From Mustelus asterias (taxonomy: Eukaryota), in contig NC_135825.1 of NCBI RefSeq assembly GCF_964213995.1, positions 12,152,001 to 12,216,000 on the forward strand: a DNA stretch of 64,000 nt, in the 5' to 3' direction. Of this stretch, positions 36,241-47,352 are shown piece by piece; positions within the stretch are counted from its first letter, which is position 1, and every line of letters begins with the position of its first letter. The notes below the pieces were generated by a model. That model was not told the DNA's origin. It ran no database searches and saw only the letters and a program-made list of their open reading frames with translations. The position numbers and the translations under genes are program-made.

Positions 36241-36536
36241 TGATGCGTGACAATTAAGCACGTGGAACCAAGGCTTCGATATTGAAGGCTTTTATTGTGT
36301 AACAATGGAACTACTAACACGAATACACCAGTTCAGACTGAAGGGGTCCTGCCGGAGCAGGGGGTCTTATACCTCGCCACCGGAGGCGGGACCCCACTGG
36401 AATGTGCCATGATAACTCTTATAACAGGTAAACACCCTAACCCAACAACATTGTACAACCCCCACAGTAACAACACCCTAGCCCAACAGTAACATAATAA
36501 CAACCCCCAGTGGTGAACCAACGATGGTTCACCACA
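36241..36536 (-). repeat. 3' LTR
   Basis: Direct repeat of 40648-40943, preceded on the minus strand by the PPT. Confidence 0.96.
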
Positions 36537-36548
36537 TTCACCCCTCCT

Positions 36549-39500
36549 TTAAGAACAAAAGGTGGCGGGGTGCAAGAAAAAACAGGTCATATAAACAGAA
36601 TTCACAAGTCCAGACGGTCTGGAGGACCGCACCGACGCTGTGATCTCCTCAACACCGGTTGCGAAACCGGAGCAGGTGCTTGCGGTGGCGTTCTTTCCAA
36701 AACAACGTCTGGCTGTCCCCTCAAGGACTCCAGGGCCGGTTGGCCCTGGTGAGGCGATGGTGCAGGGGATCCTGGAACCTTTGGTGGTGGTGGTGGTGGT
36801 GATGATGGTCGCGCCGATCTCCCGAGTCTCAGGCAAGCTGTACATGGGAGTAAAAGTGTTATGCACTGGTCCCGGTGCTGACCGCGCCACGTCTCGGGAA
36901 GCAATGAGGAGTAGTGGATTCGTGACTGGGGGAATAGGAGCGACAGGAGTTGCTACGTCCCCTGCGGGCGCCAGGTCTCTAATGGAGACAGTGTCCTCTC
37001 GCCCGTCAGGATATGCCACATAGGCATACTGAGGGTTGGCGTGGAGGAGTTGGACCGGTTCGACCAAGGGGTCGGACCTGCGAGCCCTCACATGTCGCCG
37101 CAGAAGGACGGGTCCTGGGTACGTCAACCAGGCTGGCAATGAGGTTCCCGAGGACGACTTCCGAGGGAATGAGAACATCCTCTCGTGGGGAGTAGCATTG
37201 GTTGCCGTACACAGGAGGGAGCGGATAGAATGGAGTGCCTTTGGAAGGACCTCCTGCCAACGGGAGACTGGAAGGCCCCTGGATTTCAGTGCCAGTAGGA
37301 CAGCCTTCCAGACTGTAGCATTCTCCCTTTCCACCTGTCCGTTACCCCTAGGGTTGTAGCTCGTGGTTCTACTAGAGGCAATCCCGAATGAGAGCAGGAA
37401 TTGCCTCAAGTCGTTGCTCATGAACGACGAGCCCCTGTCGCTATGAATGTAGCAGGGGTACCCGAACAGGGTAAAAAGCTCACTGAATGCCTTGATGACG
37501 GTGGCAGTCGACGTGTCCGCACAGGGGACAACAAACGGAAACCGGGAATACTCGTCTATTATGTTGAGGAAATAGACATTCCGGTCCGTTGAGGGAAGGG
37601 GGCCCTTAAAATCCACACTCAGCCTCTCAAAAGGGCGAGTGGCCTTGACCAATTGTGCCCGGTCTGGTCGATAAAAGTGTGGTTTGCATTCTGCGCAAAT
37701 CCGACAGCTTCTCGTCACTGACCTGACATCCTCCACCGAGTAGGGCAGGTTGCGGGCTTTGACGAAGTGGTAGAGTCTGGTGACTCCAGGATGACACAGA
37801 TCATTGTGGAGAGCCTTCAAGCGGTCCTCCTGCATGATGGCGCATGTTCCGCGCGAGAGGGCATCCGAGGACTCATTGAGCTTCCCTGGACGATACATAA
37901 TATCGTAATTATAGGTGGAGAGCTCAATTCTCCACCGCAAGATCTTATCGTTCTTGATCTTGCCCCTCTGCGTGTTGCTGAACATAAACGCCACGGATCG
38001 TTGATCCGTGATCAGGGTGAACCGCTTCCCTGCCAGGTAATGGCGCCAGTGTCTGACTGCCTCCACAATGGCCTGAGCCTCCTTCTCCACCGCTGAGTGC
38101 CGAATTTCGGGGCCTTGAAGGGTGCGGGAAAAGAACGCGACGGGCCTGCCTGCCTGGTTTAGTGTGGCGGCTAGGGCGAAATCAGATGCATCACTCTCCA
38201 CCTGGAAAGGGATGGATTCATCCACTGCGTGCATCGTGGCTTTCGAGATGTCGCTTTTCAAAGCCTTGAAGGCCAATTGGGCCTCCGGCGTAAGTGGGAA
38301 GGTCGTGGACTTAATGAGCGGACGAGCTTTGTCCGCGTAGTTGGGGACCCACTGTGCATAATACGAAAAGAACCCGAGGCATCTCCTCAGTGCTTTCGTG
38401 CTAGCGGGCAAGGGAAGTTCAGTAAGTGGGCGCATACGGTCTGGATCAGGGCCAATGACCCCGTTTTCCACCACGTATCCGAGGATGGCTAACCTACGCG
38501 TACGGAATACGCACTTCTCCCTGTTATAGGTCAGATTCAGGCGAGATGCAGTGCGCAGAAAGTGTTGGAGATTCGTGTCGTGGTCCTGCTGGTCATGGCC
38601 GCAGATGGTGACGTTATCCAGGTACGGGAAGGTAGCCCGCAACCCGTTCTGGTCCACCATTCGGTCCATAGCACGCTGGAAGACCGAGACCCCATTGGTG
38701 ACACCAAATGGAACCCTGAGGAATTGGTATAGACGACCATCCGCCTCAAAAGCCGTATATTGTCGGTCCTCTGGGCGGATGGGGAGTTGATGGTAGGCGG
38801 ACTTAAGGTCTATGGTAGAAAACACTCGGTACTGCGCAATCTGATTGACCATATCAGAAATGCGCGGGAGAGGATACGCATCCAGCTGCGTATAACGATT
38901 AATGGTCTGACTATAGTCGATGACCATCCGAGGTTTGTTCCCGCTTTTGACTACCACGACCTGCGCTCTCCACGGACTAGCACTGGCCTGTATGATCCCT
39001 TCCTTGAGGAGCCGCTGAACCTCAGATCTAATAAAGATCCGGTCCTCAGCGCTGTAACGCCTACTTTTAGTAGCGATGGGCTTGCAGCCAGGTACCAGAT
39101 TTTTAAAAAGGGATGGTGTAGTGATTTTCAGGGTGGATAGATTGCATGCAGGGCGCTTTGGGCAATTTGGAGGCTGCGGCTGATTCCCTACTGCCAGTGA
39201 AGGGAGTGGCCCACCGTACTGTAGGATCACACTCTTCATGTGGACCATAAAGTTTAGTCCGAGGAGAATTGGCGCGCAAAGGTGAGGTAACACAAGGAGC
39301 CTGTATTGCTCGTAAATTGTGCCCTGTACCTCAAGAGTTACCATACATCGTCCTTGGATCGGTACAGACCGGGACCGTGATGCCATGGAAATTTTCTGCT
39401 TGGCAGGGAGAACCCGGAGTCCACACCTTTTAGCAGTTTCAGGGTGTATGAAACTTTCGGTGCTCCCACTGTCAAACAGACAATTCACAGTTCGACCACT

Positions 39501-40598
39501 AACCTTTATATCCATCATGGAATTTTCATGTCTGTAGTGCCTGGTCTGGTCCAGGGAGATCGACGCCACCGTTGGCCCCTGGGCGTCACTGCATGCTGCC
39601 GATGTGGATGCTGAGGACCCCTGCTGGTCGCTCCTAGTCGTCGTGGACCATGATGGCCGCCCCCATGAATCGCACATGGGCGAGGGCGCCAAGTGCAGCG
39701 ACTCCTGGTGGTCTTCCTCCTCCTCCGTCAGCCACGATGGCGCCATCCTGGGATCGCACGTGGTCGGACCTCGTGGGTACTGCGACGCTGAAGGAGATTG
39801 TCTCCGTTCTGGAGGGTTACAAGCTGCACTGCCGTTTTTAGGCTTGGACCTGCAGACTTTGCCGTAGTGGCCTTTTTTACCGCACTGGCTGCAGATTGCC
39901 GTTCTTGCCGGACACTGTTGCCGTGGATGCTTGGCCCCACCACAAAAATAGCATCGCTGGCCACCTGGAGCTGCCGCCGTCGTCGGATCGATCTGGGAGC
40001 GCGGGTTAGCGGGGCGAGGAGGGAGCTGAGCTTGCTCCAGCCACGTTGACTGCACGTGGTCCTCGGGGTACAGCGCCAAGCTCTTCGACGCCGCTTCCAG
40101 CATCACGGCCATCTCCATTGCTTGGGTCAAGTCGAGTTTCCCCTTTTCCAGCAATTTAAGCCTGATGTACGAGGACCCTACCCCTGCTACGAACGCGTCT
40201 CGGGCGAGGTCGTACATATATTGTTCGGCTGATACGTCTTTACAATCGCAACCCCTGGCAAGCTGCAGGAGCTCATTGGCGTAGTCCTCCATGGTTTCGC
40301 CCGACTGCCAACGTCGTGTAGCGAGGAGGTAACGAGCATGTATCTCGTTGGGTGGCTTCGTGTATCTTTTTTTTAGGAGCTCGACGGCACCCGGGTAAGT
40401 GGGAGCTGCACGAATGGCGAGATAAATCATGTCGCTTACCCTTGCGTGGAGGACCTGGAGTTTATCACTGTCTGTAGTGATAGCTACTGAGGCTGCCAGG
40501 TAGTCCTCGAAACACTTCCACCAATGGTCGAATGTGTTAGCTGCACCGACCGCACGTGGGTCCAGTGTCAGACGATCCGCTTTTAAGATCTGTTCCAT
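36549..40598 (-). CDS. Gag-Pol polyprotein, single ORF of 1349 aa from MEQILK
   Basis: Two CX2CX4HX4C knuckles (CYFCGGAKHPRQQC, CSQCGKKGHYGKVC), protease LFDSGS, RT (IDLKSAYHQ, VPFGVTNG, YLDN), RNase H (SDAS, EKEAQA, TDQ, SDALSR), integrase HHCC and D-D-E (VDFKG, SDRGSSF, VERENAT). No chromodomain seen. Confidence 0.95.
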   Translation of the reverse strand: MEQILKADRLTLDPRAVGAANTFDHWWKCFEDYLAASVAITTDSDKLQVLHARVSDMIYLAIRAAPTYPGAVELLKKRYTKPPNEIHARYLLATRRWQSGETMEDYANELLQLARGCDCKDVSAEQYMYDLARDAFVAGVGSSYIRLKLLEKGKLDLTQAMEMAVMLEAASKSLALYPEDHVQSTWLEQAQLPPRPANPRSQIDPTTAAAPGGQRCYFCGGAKHPRQQCPARTAICSQCGKKGHYGKVCRSKPKNGSAACNPPERRQSPSASQYPRGPTTCDPRMAPSWLTEEEEDHQESLHLAPSPMCDSWGRPSWSTTTRSDQQGSSASTSAACSDAQGPTVASISLDQTRHYRHENSMMDIKVSGRTVNCLFDSGSTESFIHPETAKRCGLRVLPAKQKISMASRSRSVPIQGRCMVTLEVQGTIYEQYRLLVLPHLCAPILLGLNFMVHMKSVILQYGGPLPSLAVGNQPQPPNCPKRPACNLSTLKITTPSLFKNLVPGCKPIATKSRRYSAEDRIFIRSEVQRLLKEGIIQASASPWRAQVVVVKSGNKPRMVIDYSQTINRYTQLDAYPLPRISDMVNQIAQYRVFSTIDLKSAYHQLPIRPEDRQYTAFEADGRLYQFLRVPFGVTNGVSVFQRAMDRMVDQNGLRATFPYLDNVTICGHDQQDHDTNLQHFLRTASRLNLTYNREKCVFRTRRLAILGYVVENGVIGPDPDRMRPLTELPLPASTKALRRCLGFFSYYAQWVPNYADKARPLIKSTTFPLTPEAQLAFKALKSDISKATMHAVDESIPFQVESDASDFALAATLNQAGRPVAFFSRTLQGPEIRHSAVEKEAQAIVEAVRHWRHYLAGKRFTLITDQRSVAFMFSNTQRGKIKNDKILRWRIELSTYNYDIMYRPGKLNESSDALSRGTCAIMQEDRLKALHNDLCHPGVTRLYHFVKARNLPYSVEDVRSVTRSCRICAECKPHFYRPDRAQLVKATRPFERLSVDFKGPLPSTDRNVYFLNIIDEYSRFPFVVPCADTSTATVIKAFSELFTLFGYPCYIHSDRGSSFMSNDLRQFLLSFGIASSRTTSYNPRGNGQVERENATVWKAVLLALKSRGLPVSRWQEVLPKALHSIRSLLCTATNATPHERMFSFPRKSSSGTSLPAWLTYPGPVLLRRHVRARRSDPLVEPVQLLHANPQYAYVAYPDGREDTVSIRDLAPAGDVATPVAPIPPVTNPLLLIASRDVARSAPGPVHNTFTPMYSLPETREIGATIITTTTTTKGSRIPCTIASPGPTGPGVLEGTARRCFGKNATASTCSGFATGVEEITASVRSSRPSGLVNSVYMTCFFLHPATFCS

Positions 40599-40647
40599 AC
40601 TCTCTTTTTTTTTGTACAGCTGTGAGTTTTCTGTTACACAATAAAAT

Positions 40648-40943
40648 TGATGCGCAACAATTAAGCACGTGGAACCAAGGCTTCGATATTGAAGGCTTTT
40701 ATTGTGTAACAATGGAACTACTAACACGAATACACCAGTTCAGACTGAAGGGGTCCTGCCGGAGCAGGGGGTCTTATACCTCGCCACCGGAGGCGGGACC
40801 CCACTGGAATGTGCCATGATAACTCTTATAACAGGTAAACACCCTAACCCAACAACATTGTACAACCCCCACAGTAACAACACCCTAGCCCAACAGTAAC
40901 ATAATAACAACCCTCAGTGGTGAACCAACGATGGTTCACCACA
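40648..40943 (-). repeat. 5' LTR with TATA-like TATAAG (40773-40778), Inr-like TTCAGT (~40746) and AATAAA (40698-40703)
   Basis: Motifs read on the minus strand; TATA-to-Inr spacing is about 32 nt. Confidence 0.9.
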
Positions 40944-41586
40944 GTTTCCATGGAGATTTTTATGATCATTTGGAACATTTGGAATATTGTGTCCAATTCT
41001 GGTCACCACACAACCAGAAGGATGTGGAGGCTTTGGAGAGAGTGCAGAAAAGGTTGACCAGGATGTTGCCTGGTATGGAGGGTATTACCTATGAGGAGAG
41101 TTTGAATGAGCTGGGATTGTTCTCCCTGGAAAGACAGAGGCTGAGGGGCAACCTGAGAGAAGTTTATAAAATTATGAGAGGTGTGGATAGAGTGAACAGT
41201 TGGAAGCTTTTTCCCAGGCAGAAATGACAATTAGAAGGACGCACAAGTTCAAGATAACGGGGGAAAGATTCAGTGGAGATGTGCGGGAGAACTTTTTTAC
41301 ACAGAGGGTGGTGGGCGCCTGGAATGCACTGCCAAGTGAGGTGGTTGAGGCACTTATATTAGCTATATTTAAGGTTTTATCTTGGTAGACGTATGAACAA
41401 ACAGGGAATAGAGGAATATAAGCATTGGTAAACGTGATCAGCGCAGGAAGGGCCTGTTCCTGTTCTGTACTGTTCTTTGTTCTTTGTTCTTTGATCCCTT
41501 TAAGGGGCTTTCACCATATTGGATTATTTAATTGTTTAATTTGCCGATTTGTTAACTTTTAATCTGTCAGCTTCACCCTGAATTTT

Positions 41587-43382
41587 CATAAGACCATAAG
41601 ACCATAAGACATAGGAGCGGAAGTAAGGCCATTCGGCCCATCGAGTCCACTCCACCATTCAATCATGGTTGATTTCAACTCCATTTACCCGCTCTCTCCC
41701 CATAGCCCTTAATTCCTCGAGAAATCAAGAATTTATCAATTTCTGTCTTGAAGACGCTCAACGTCTCGGCCTCCACAGCCCTCTGTGGCAATGAATTCCA
41801 CAGACCCACCACTCTCTGGCTGAAGAAATTTCTCCTCATCTCTGTTCTAAAGTGACTCCCTTTTATTCTAAGGCTGTGCCCCCGCGTCCTAGTCTCCCCT
41901 GTTAATGGAAACAACTTCCCTACGTCCATCCTATCTAAGCCGTTCATTATCTTGTAAGTTTCTATCAGATCTCCCCTCAACCTCCTAAACTCCAATGAAT
42001 ATAATCCCACGATCCTCAGACGTTCATCGTATGTCAGGCCTACCATTCCTGGGATCATCCGTGTGAATCTCCGCTGGACCCGCTCCAGTGCCAGTATGTC
42101 CTTCCTGAGGTGTGGGGCCCAAAATTGCTCACAGTACTCCAAATGGGGCCTAACCAGTGCTTTATAAAGCCTCAGAAGTACATCCCTGCTTTTGTATTCC
42201 AAGCCTCTTGAGATAAATGACAACATTACATTTGCTTTCTTAATTACGGACTCAACCTGCAAGTTTACCTTTAGAGAATCCTGGACTAGGACTCCCAAGT
42301 CCCTTTGCACTTTAGCATTATGAATTTTGTCACCGTTTAGAAAATAGTCCATGCCTCTATTCTTTTTTCCAAAGTGTACAACCTCGCACTTGCCCACGTT
42401 GAATTTCATCAGCCACTTCTTGGACCACTCTCCTAAACTGTCTAAATCTTTCTGCAGCCTCCCCACCTCCTCAATACTACCTGCCCCTCCACCTATCTTT
42501 GTATCATCGGCAAACTTGGCCAGAATGCTCCCAGTCCCGTCATCTAGATCGTTAATATATAAAGAGAACAGCTGTGGCCCCAACACTGAACCCTGCGGGA
42601 CACCACTTGTCACCGGTTGCCATTCTGAGAAAGAACCTTTTATCCCAACTCTCTGCCTTCTGTCTGACAGCCAATCGTCAATCCATGTTAGTACCTTGCC
42701 TCGAATACCATGGGCCCTTATTTTACTCAGCAGTCTCCCGTGAGGCACCTTGTCAAAGGCCTTTTGGAAGTCAAGATAGATAACATCCATTGGCTCTCCT
42801 TGGTCTAACCTATTTGTTATCTCTTCAAAGAACTCTAACAGGTTTGTCAGGCACGACCTCCCCTTACTAAATCCATGCTGACTTGTCTTAATCCGACCCT
42901 GCACTTCCAAGAATTTAGAAATCTCATCCTTAACGATGGATTCTAGAATTTTGCCAACAACTGAGGTTAGGCTAATTGGCCTATAATTTTCCATCTTTTT
43001 TCTTGTTCCCTTCTTGAACAGTGGGGTTACAACAGCGATTTTCCAATCCTCTGGGACTTTCCCTGACTCCAGTGACTTTTGAAAGATCATAACTAACGCC
43101 TCCACTATTTCTTCAGCTATCTCCTTTAGAACTCTAGGATGTAGCCCATCTGGGCCCGGAGATTTATCAATTTTCAGACCTTTTAGTTTCTCTAGCACTT
43201 TCTCCTTTGTGATGGCAACCATATTCAACTCTGCCCCCTGACTTTCCTGAATTGTTGGGATATTACTCATGTCTTCTACTGTGAAGACTGACGCAAAGTA
43301 CTTATTAAGTTCCTCAGCTATTTCCTTGTCTCCCATCACTAGATTACCAGCGTCATTTTGGAGCGGCCCAATGTCTACTTTT
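41587..43382 (-). mobile_element. CR1 LINE, 5'-truncated, open RT frame (paralogue of 4978-6773)
   Basis: ORF 41675-43549, same motifs as copy 1. Confidence 0.95.
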
Positions 43383-43930
43383 TGCTTTATTTGAAAGAAG
43401 CACAAACTGACACATTGCGGATACATCTGGATGTTGGGAGTTTGACTGGCTTCCCAACATATTGTCAATTTCTGTGTATTTAACCCCCTCTGTGCTCCCC
43501 CACCCACCCCCACAGCCCCACCATTCAGCGCTAAACCAACAAGGTACAATTACTACCAACTGGCTGCTCACTTCACTTTGTTAATGTCTGACGATTGGAT
43601 TGATCTGGACTGTAAAAATCTGACAGTGTGATATTTAAGACATTTCAGAGACAGGAAAATATTCTGAGCATCGCGGGTAATGTCTTTCACAATATCCTGC
43701 AGTTAAAGGAATTGTTTGTCTGATTATGTTTGAAGTTCTTGATCAGAATGTTGGACAGGCCACGAATTGAGTTTGTGTCACAAGAGTCGGATTTCCAGAT
43801 CTCTGCCCTCTAGCTGCCAGACTCTGCATTGCTGCAGAGCCTCGGGATATCGGAGCTGTCAATGTTTCCTTGTGGATAAAACATGGATCAGACATTTCAG
43901 TAATAAAGAAAATCATTCAGAATAATGTAC

Positions 43931-44251
43931 CGTAAGATATTTGCAGCTCCACGGTTACCTTTGGATCTAAGTCAGGTATATCAATTCCACAGCGATACCA
44001 TCCTGCATCTCCTGAGCGAAGATCCTCCATCGTAACAGCAAATATTCCTTGTGCCTTGTTATCTGTGATCGACATTCTCCCTCGCCGTCCATCTGGATCA
44101 TCCGTTCTCACTAAATATGAGCACTGTTCAGTCCAACCCTGACACCAATATTTCACGTTTTGTTTGTATTTCCCTTTATAATTGCAATTTATTGTGATCG
44201 ATCTTCCCACAATTCCTGTGACTTTCTTTTCTGCCCACAATGCACCTGAAA
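43931..44251 (-). CDS. Gene B exon 2: V-set Ig domain (V1), CD300/pIgR-like
   Basis: Same splice sites as 7322-7642; differs by H->Q in KYWC(H/Q)GW. Confidence 0.92.
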
Positions 44252-47200
44252 CTGAGGAGACAACATTTCAGCAATTGACCAAGTAAATAACTGCTTCATA
44301 CAGAGAGAAACATTTTAATAAGATTTACCACTGTGTACAGAGGAAACTCTCCAATACCTGTATTCATCATTCTCTTTCTAGTTTGTGATCAATGAAAACA
44401 TGAATATAGAGCCGTGCTGTCAGTGCCAAAGTACTTCACTGACAATGATTTCTTGTGAATGTACAGTGGCCATTGTTATTGTGTCACCTTGTCACTCAAG
44501 CTTTGCACTGGCGCCTCTGAATGGGTGGATTGCAGGGTCAGGTCCCACTCCAGAGACTGGAGTATAAAATCTACATTAACATTCCAGTGTAATACTGAGG
44601 GACAAGATGGCTCAGATTTTCCTCCCTCAGTCATGTTCAAAGAGCTCGGTGATGCCATTCAGGTGAAAGGTTCATCTGACACCCAGGTCTGGAGGTTCCC
44701 TGTCATGGAGAAAATCCCGGGAATGGCTGGAATTTCAAAGTCCTAAGAGTGGGAGCGGGACTGGAATCAGGCTGCATACACGATTCGTGGAGGCGAATTG
44801 TCATTAAATTCAACACCTGCCTTGATTTAAGTGAGATTTTGGATGAACAGGAGTGTGGAATCCGGTGTGTGCAGATTAGAATAGTTAAGAGAAGGTTTGA
44901 ACTTGGTGGATTCTTATGGACAGCCAGGGTATGCCTTCTGGACAGGAAAGTTACTCTTTGGAAGAGGAAAGTTACTCTTTGGGAGGGGAAAATTACTCTT
45001 TGAGGGGGGAAAGTTCCTCTTTGTGGGGAGAAATTTATTCTTTGGGACAAACTCTGGTGAGTGGTCAGGGCCAGAGTGATTATCTGGTTGTTTCAATTAT
45101 TCTATTTATTAACCATGGCGCTGGGGCACAGAAACAGGCCTTGTGTCCAGCTCACCTCCGGGCTGAGCAGCCTGTGGATTTGTTCCTGGGTCACCCGTCT
45201 CGATTCATTTTTTAATGCCTTTCCTGACTCAATGAACACGACCCAGGGATGAGATGAGGAGATTGTTTTCACTCAAGGTGTTGGGAATCTTTGGAATTCT
45301 CCACCGCAGAGAGCTTTAGATGTACAGTCTTGAAGGATATTAAACACAGAGATTTATACATTTTTGTGGTACTAACATAATCGAGGGATATGGGAATAGT
45401 GCGGGAAATAAGATTTGAGGTTGGAGATCAGTCAGGATGTTGTTGAATGATGGAGCAGGCTCAAAGGGACAAATGGCCATCTCCTGCTCTTATTTCTAAT
45501 GTTCATCTTGAGGGGGAGAGGTGGCAGTATGAATCAAAAATTCCATTGCAGCCAGCATAATAGCATCAGTTTAATATGGGGCTGGTGTGAAAATTTAGAT
45601 TTACTTTAAAAAGAAAATGATTACATCTTTGAAGGTCAAAGTAGACCAACCATGTACAAGTGATTGGATGGTACCATGGTGAGCCCGGCTGCCTCACAGG
45701 GCCAGTGACTTGGGTTCAATTCTGGCCTCAGGTGACTGTGTGGAGCTTGCATATTCTCCCATGTCTGCGTGGGATATCGCAGGGTGCTCCAGTTTCTACC
45801 TACAGTCCAAATATGTGCAGGTTAAGTTGATTGGCCATGCTAAATTGTCCCTTAATGTCCAAAGATGTATAGGTTAGGAAGTTAGTGAGGGAAATATGTG
45901 GTGTTACGGGGATAGGGCCTGGGTAACATGCTTAGCCGGAGAGTTGTTGCAGATGTGATGGGCCGAATGGCCTCCTTTTGTACTGTTGAGATTCTTTGAA
46001 GCAGATTTACCAACAGAGCTTCATAAAACAATATTTCATTCGTAATAATTTAAATAATACAAACAAAAGAAGGAAAATGGTCTGTTGGCCTTCATAGCGG
46101 GAGGATTTGAGTACAGGGATAGGGATGTTTTGCTGCAATTGTACAGGGCATTGGTATGGCCTCACCTGGAGTATTGTGTGCAGTTTTGGTGTCCTTATCT
46201 GAGGAAGGATGTCCTTGCTATAGAGTAAGTACAGTGAAAGTTGACCAGGCTGATTCCTGGGATGACAGGTCTGCTTTATGAAGAGGGACTAAGTCAGTTA
46301 GGATTATATTCACTGGTGTTTAGAAGAGTGAGGCGGGATCTCATAGAAATTTATAAAATTTGAACAGGGTTACAGAGGGTAGATTCAGAAAGAATGCCCT
46401 CAATGGTGAGGGAGTCCAGAACTAGGGGGTCATAGTTTGAGGATAAGGGGCAAACCATAAAGAACTGAGATGAGGAGAAATTTTTTCACCCAGAGGGTGG
46501 TGAATGTGTGGAATTCACTCCCACAGAATGTAGTTGAGGCCAAAACGTTGTCTGATTTCAAGAAAAAATTAGATATAGCTCTTGGGGATAAAGGGATCAA
46601 GGAATATGGGAAGAAGGGGATCAGGGTATTGAATTGGATGATCAGCCATGATCAAAATGAATGGCGGAGCAGGCTCGAAGGGCCGAATGGCCTACTCCTG
46701 CTTCTAGTTTCTATTTTTCTATGTTTCTAATTGCAAGCTTGAGGAATATTTTCCTGGAGCCTTTGTTGCCTCTGCAGTCTTCAGAGTCAATTCAATGAGC
46801 AATAATCTGCAATGGATCACAGGCATCTCTCAACGTGAGGGAGGGACAATTGGTTACATTTAGTGTGGGGGGCAGGAATGGGGAAAGGTGAGGAGGCAGA
46901 TTTCCATAAACTACCACAGCCGCTCTGAGGATTGAACCCCTGCCATTGGAATCATTCCGCATTGCACTCCAAACAACTGAGCCAATCAAACCCTCCAGTC
47001 TCCAGGATATATTGAGCATGAAACTACATTAACAAGTTAACTTTTACTGGACTGAAATGTGTGGCTTCTGCATTTTAATTATATTAATCATGTAGCTTTT
47101 TAACAAAAATAAATAGGTTAATTTATATTCACAATCAATAATGCCGTTTATTATTTGCTGGGTAAATATTTCTGTGGTACAATACTATCAACAAAATAGC

Positions 47201-47352
47201 TACAAATATCACACAAATTCATTAATTTATTTTTGCTGAGTTTTTGTAGCTTTACATGTCTCCAAGTATTTAAATATCTCTGCGGGATAAACCATGCACG
47301 AGACTTAATCTAACACTCATCATCTCGGGATCCAGCTTTGTCCCTTACTCAC

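Larger units (their letters stand above)
36241..40943 (-). mobile_element. Full-length Ty3/Gypsy LTR retrotransposon (4703 bp) in the V1-C2 intron of gene B
   Basis: Two 296-bp LTRs (36241-36536, 40648-40943; 3 mismatches), TG...CA ends, 5-bp TSD GTTTC (36236-36240, 40944-40948), PPT AAAGGAGGGGTGAA abutting the 3' LTR, and domain order PR-RT-RH-IN. Confidence 0.98.

Noticed and set aside
40599-40727. 43-aa N-terminal extension of the 1392-aa ORF call
   Set aside because: It starts at a non-ATG codon inside the LTR; the first ATG after the LTR and PBS region is at 40598.
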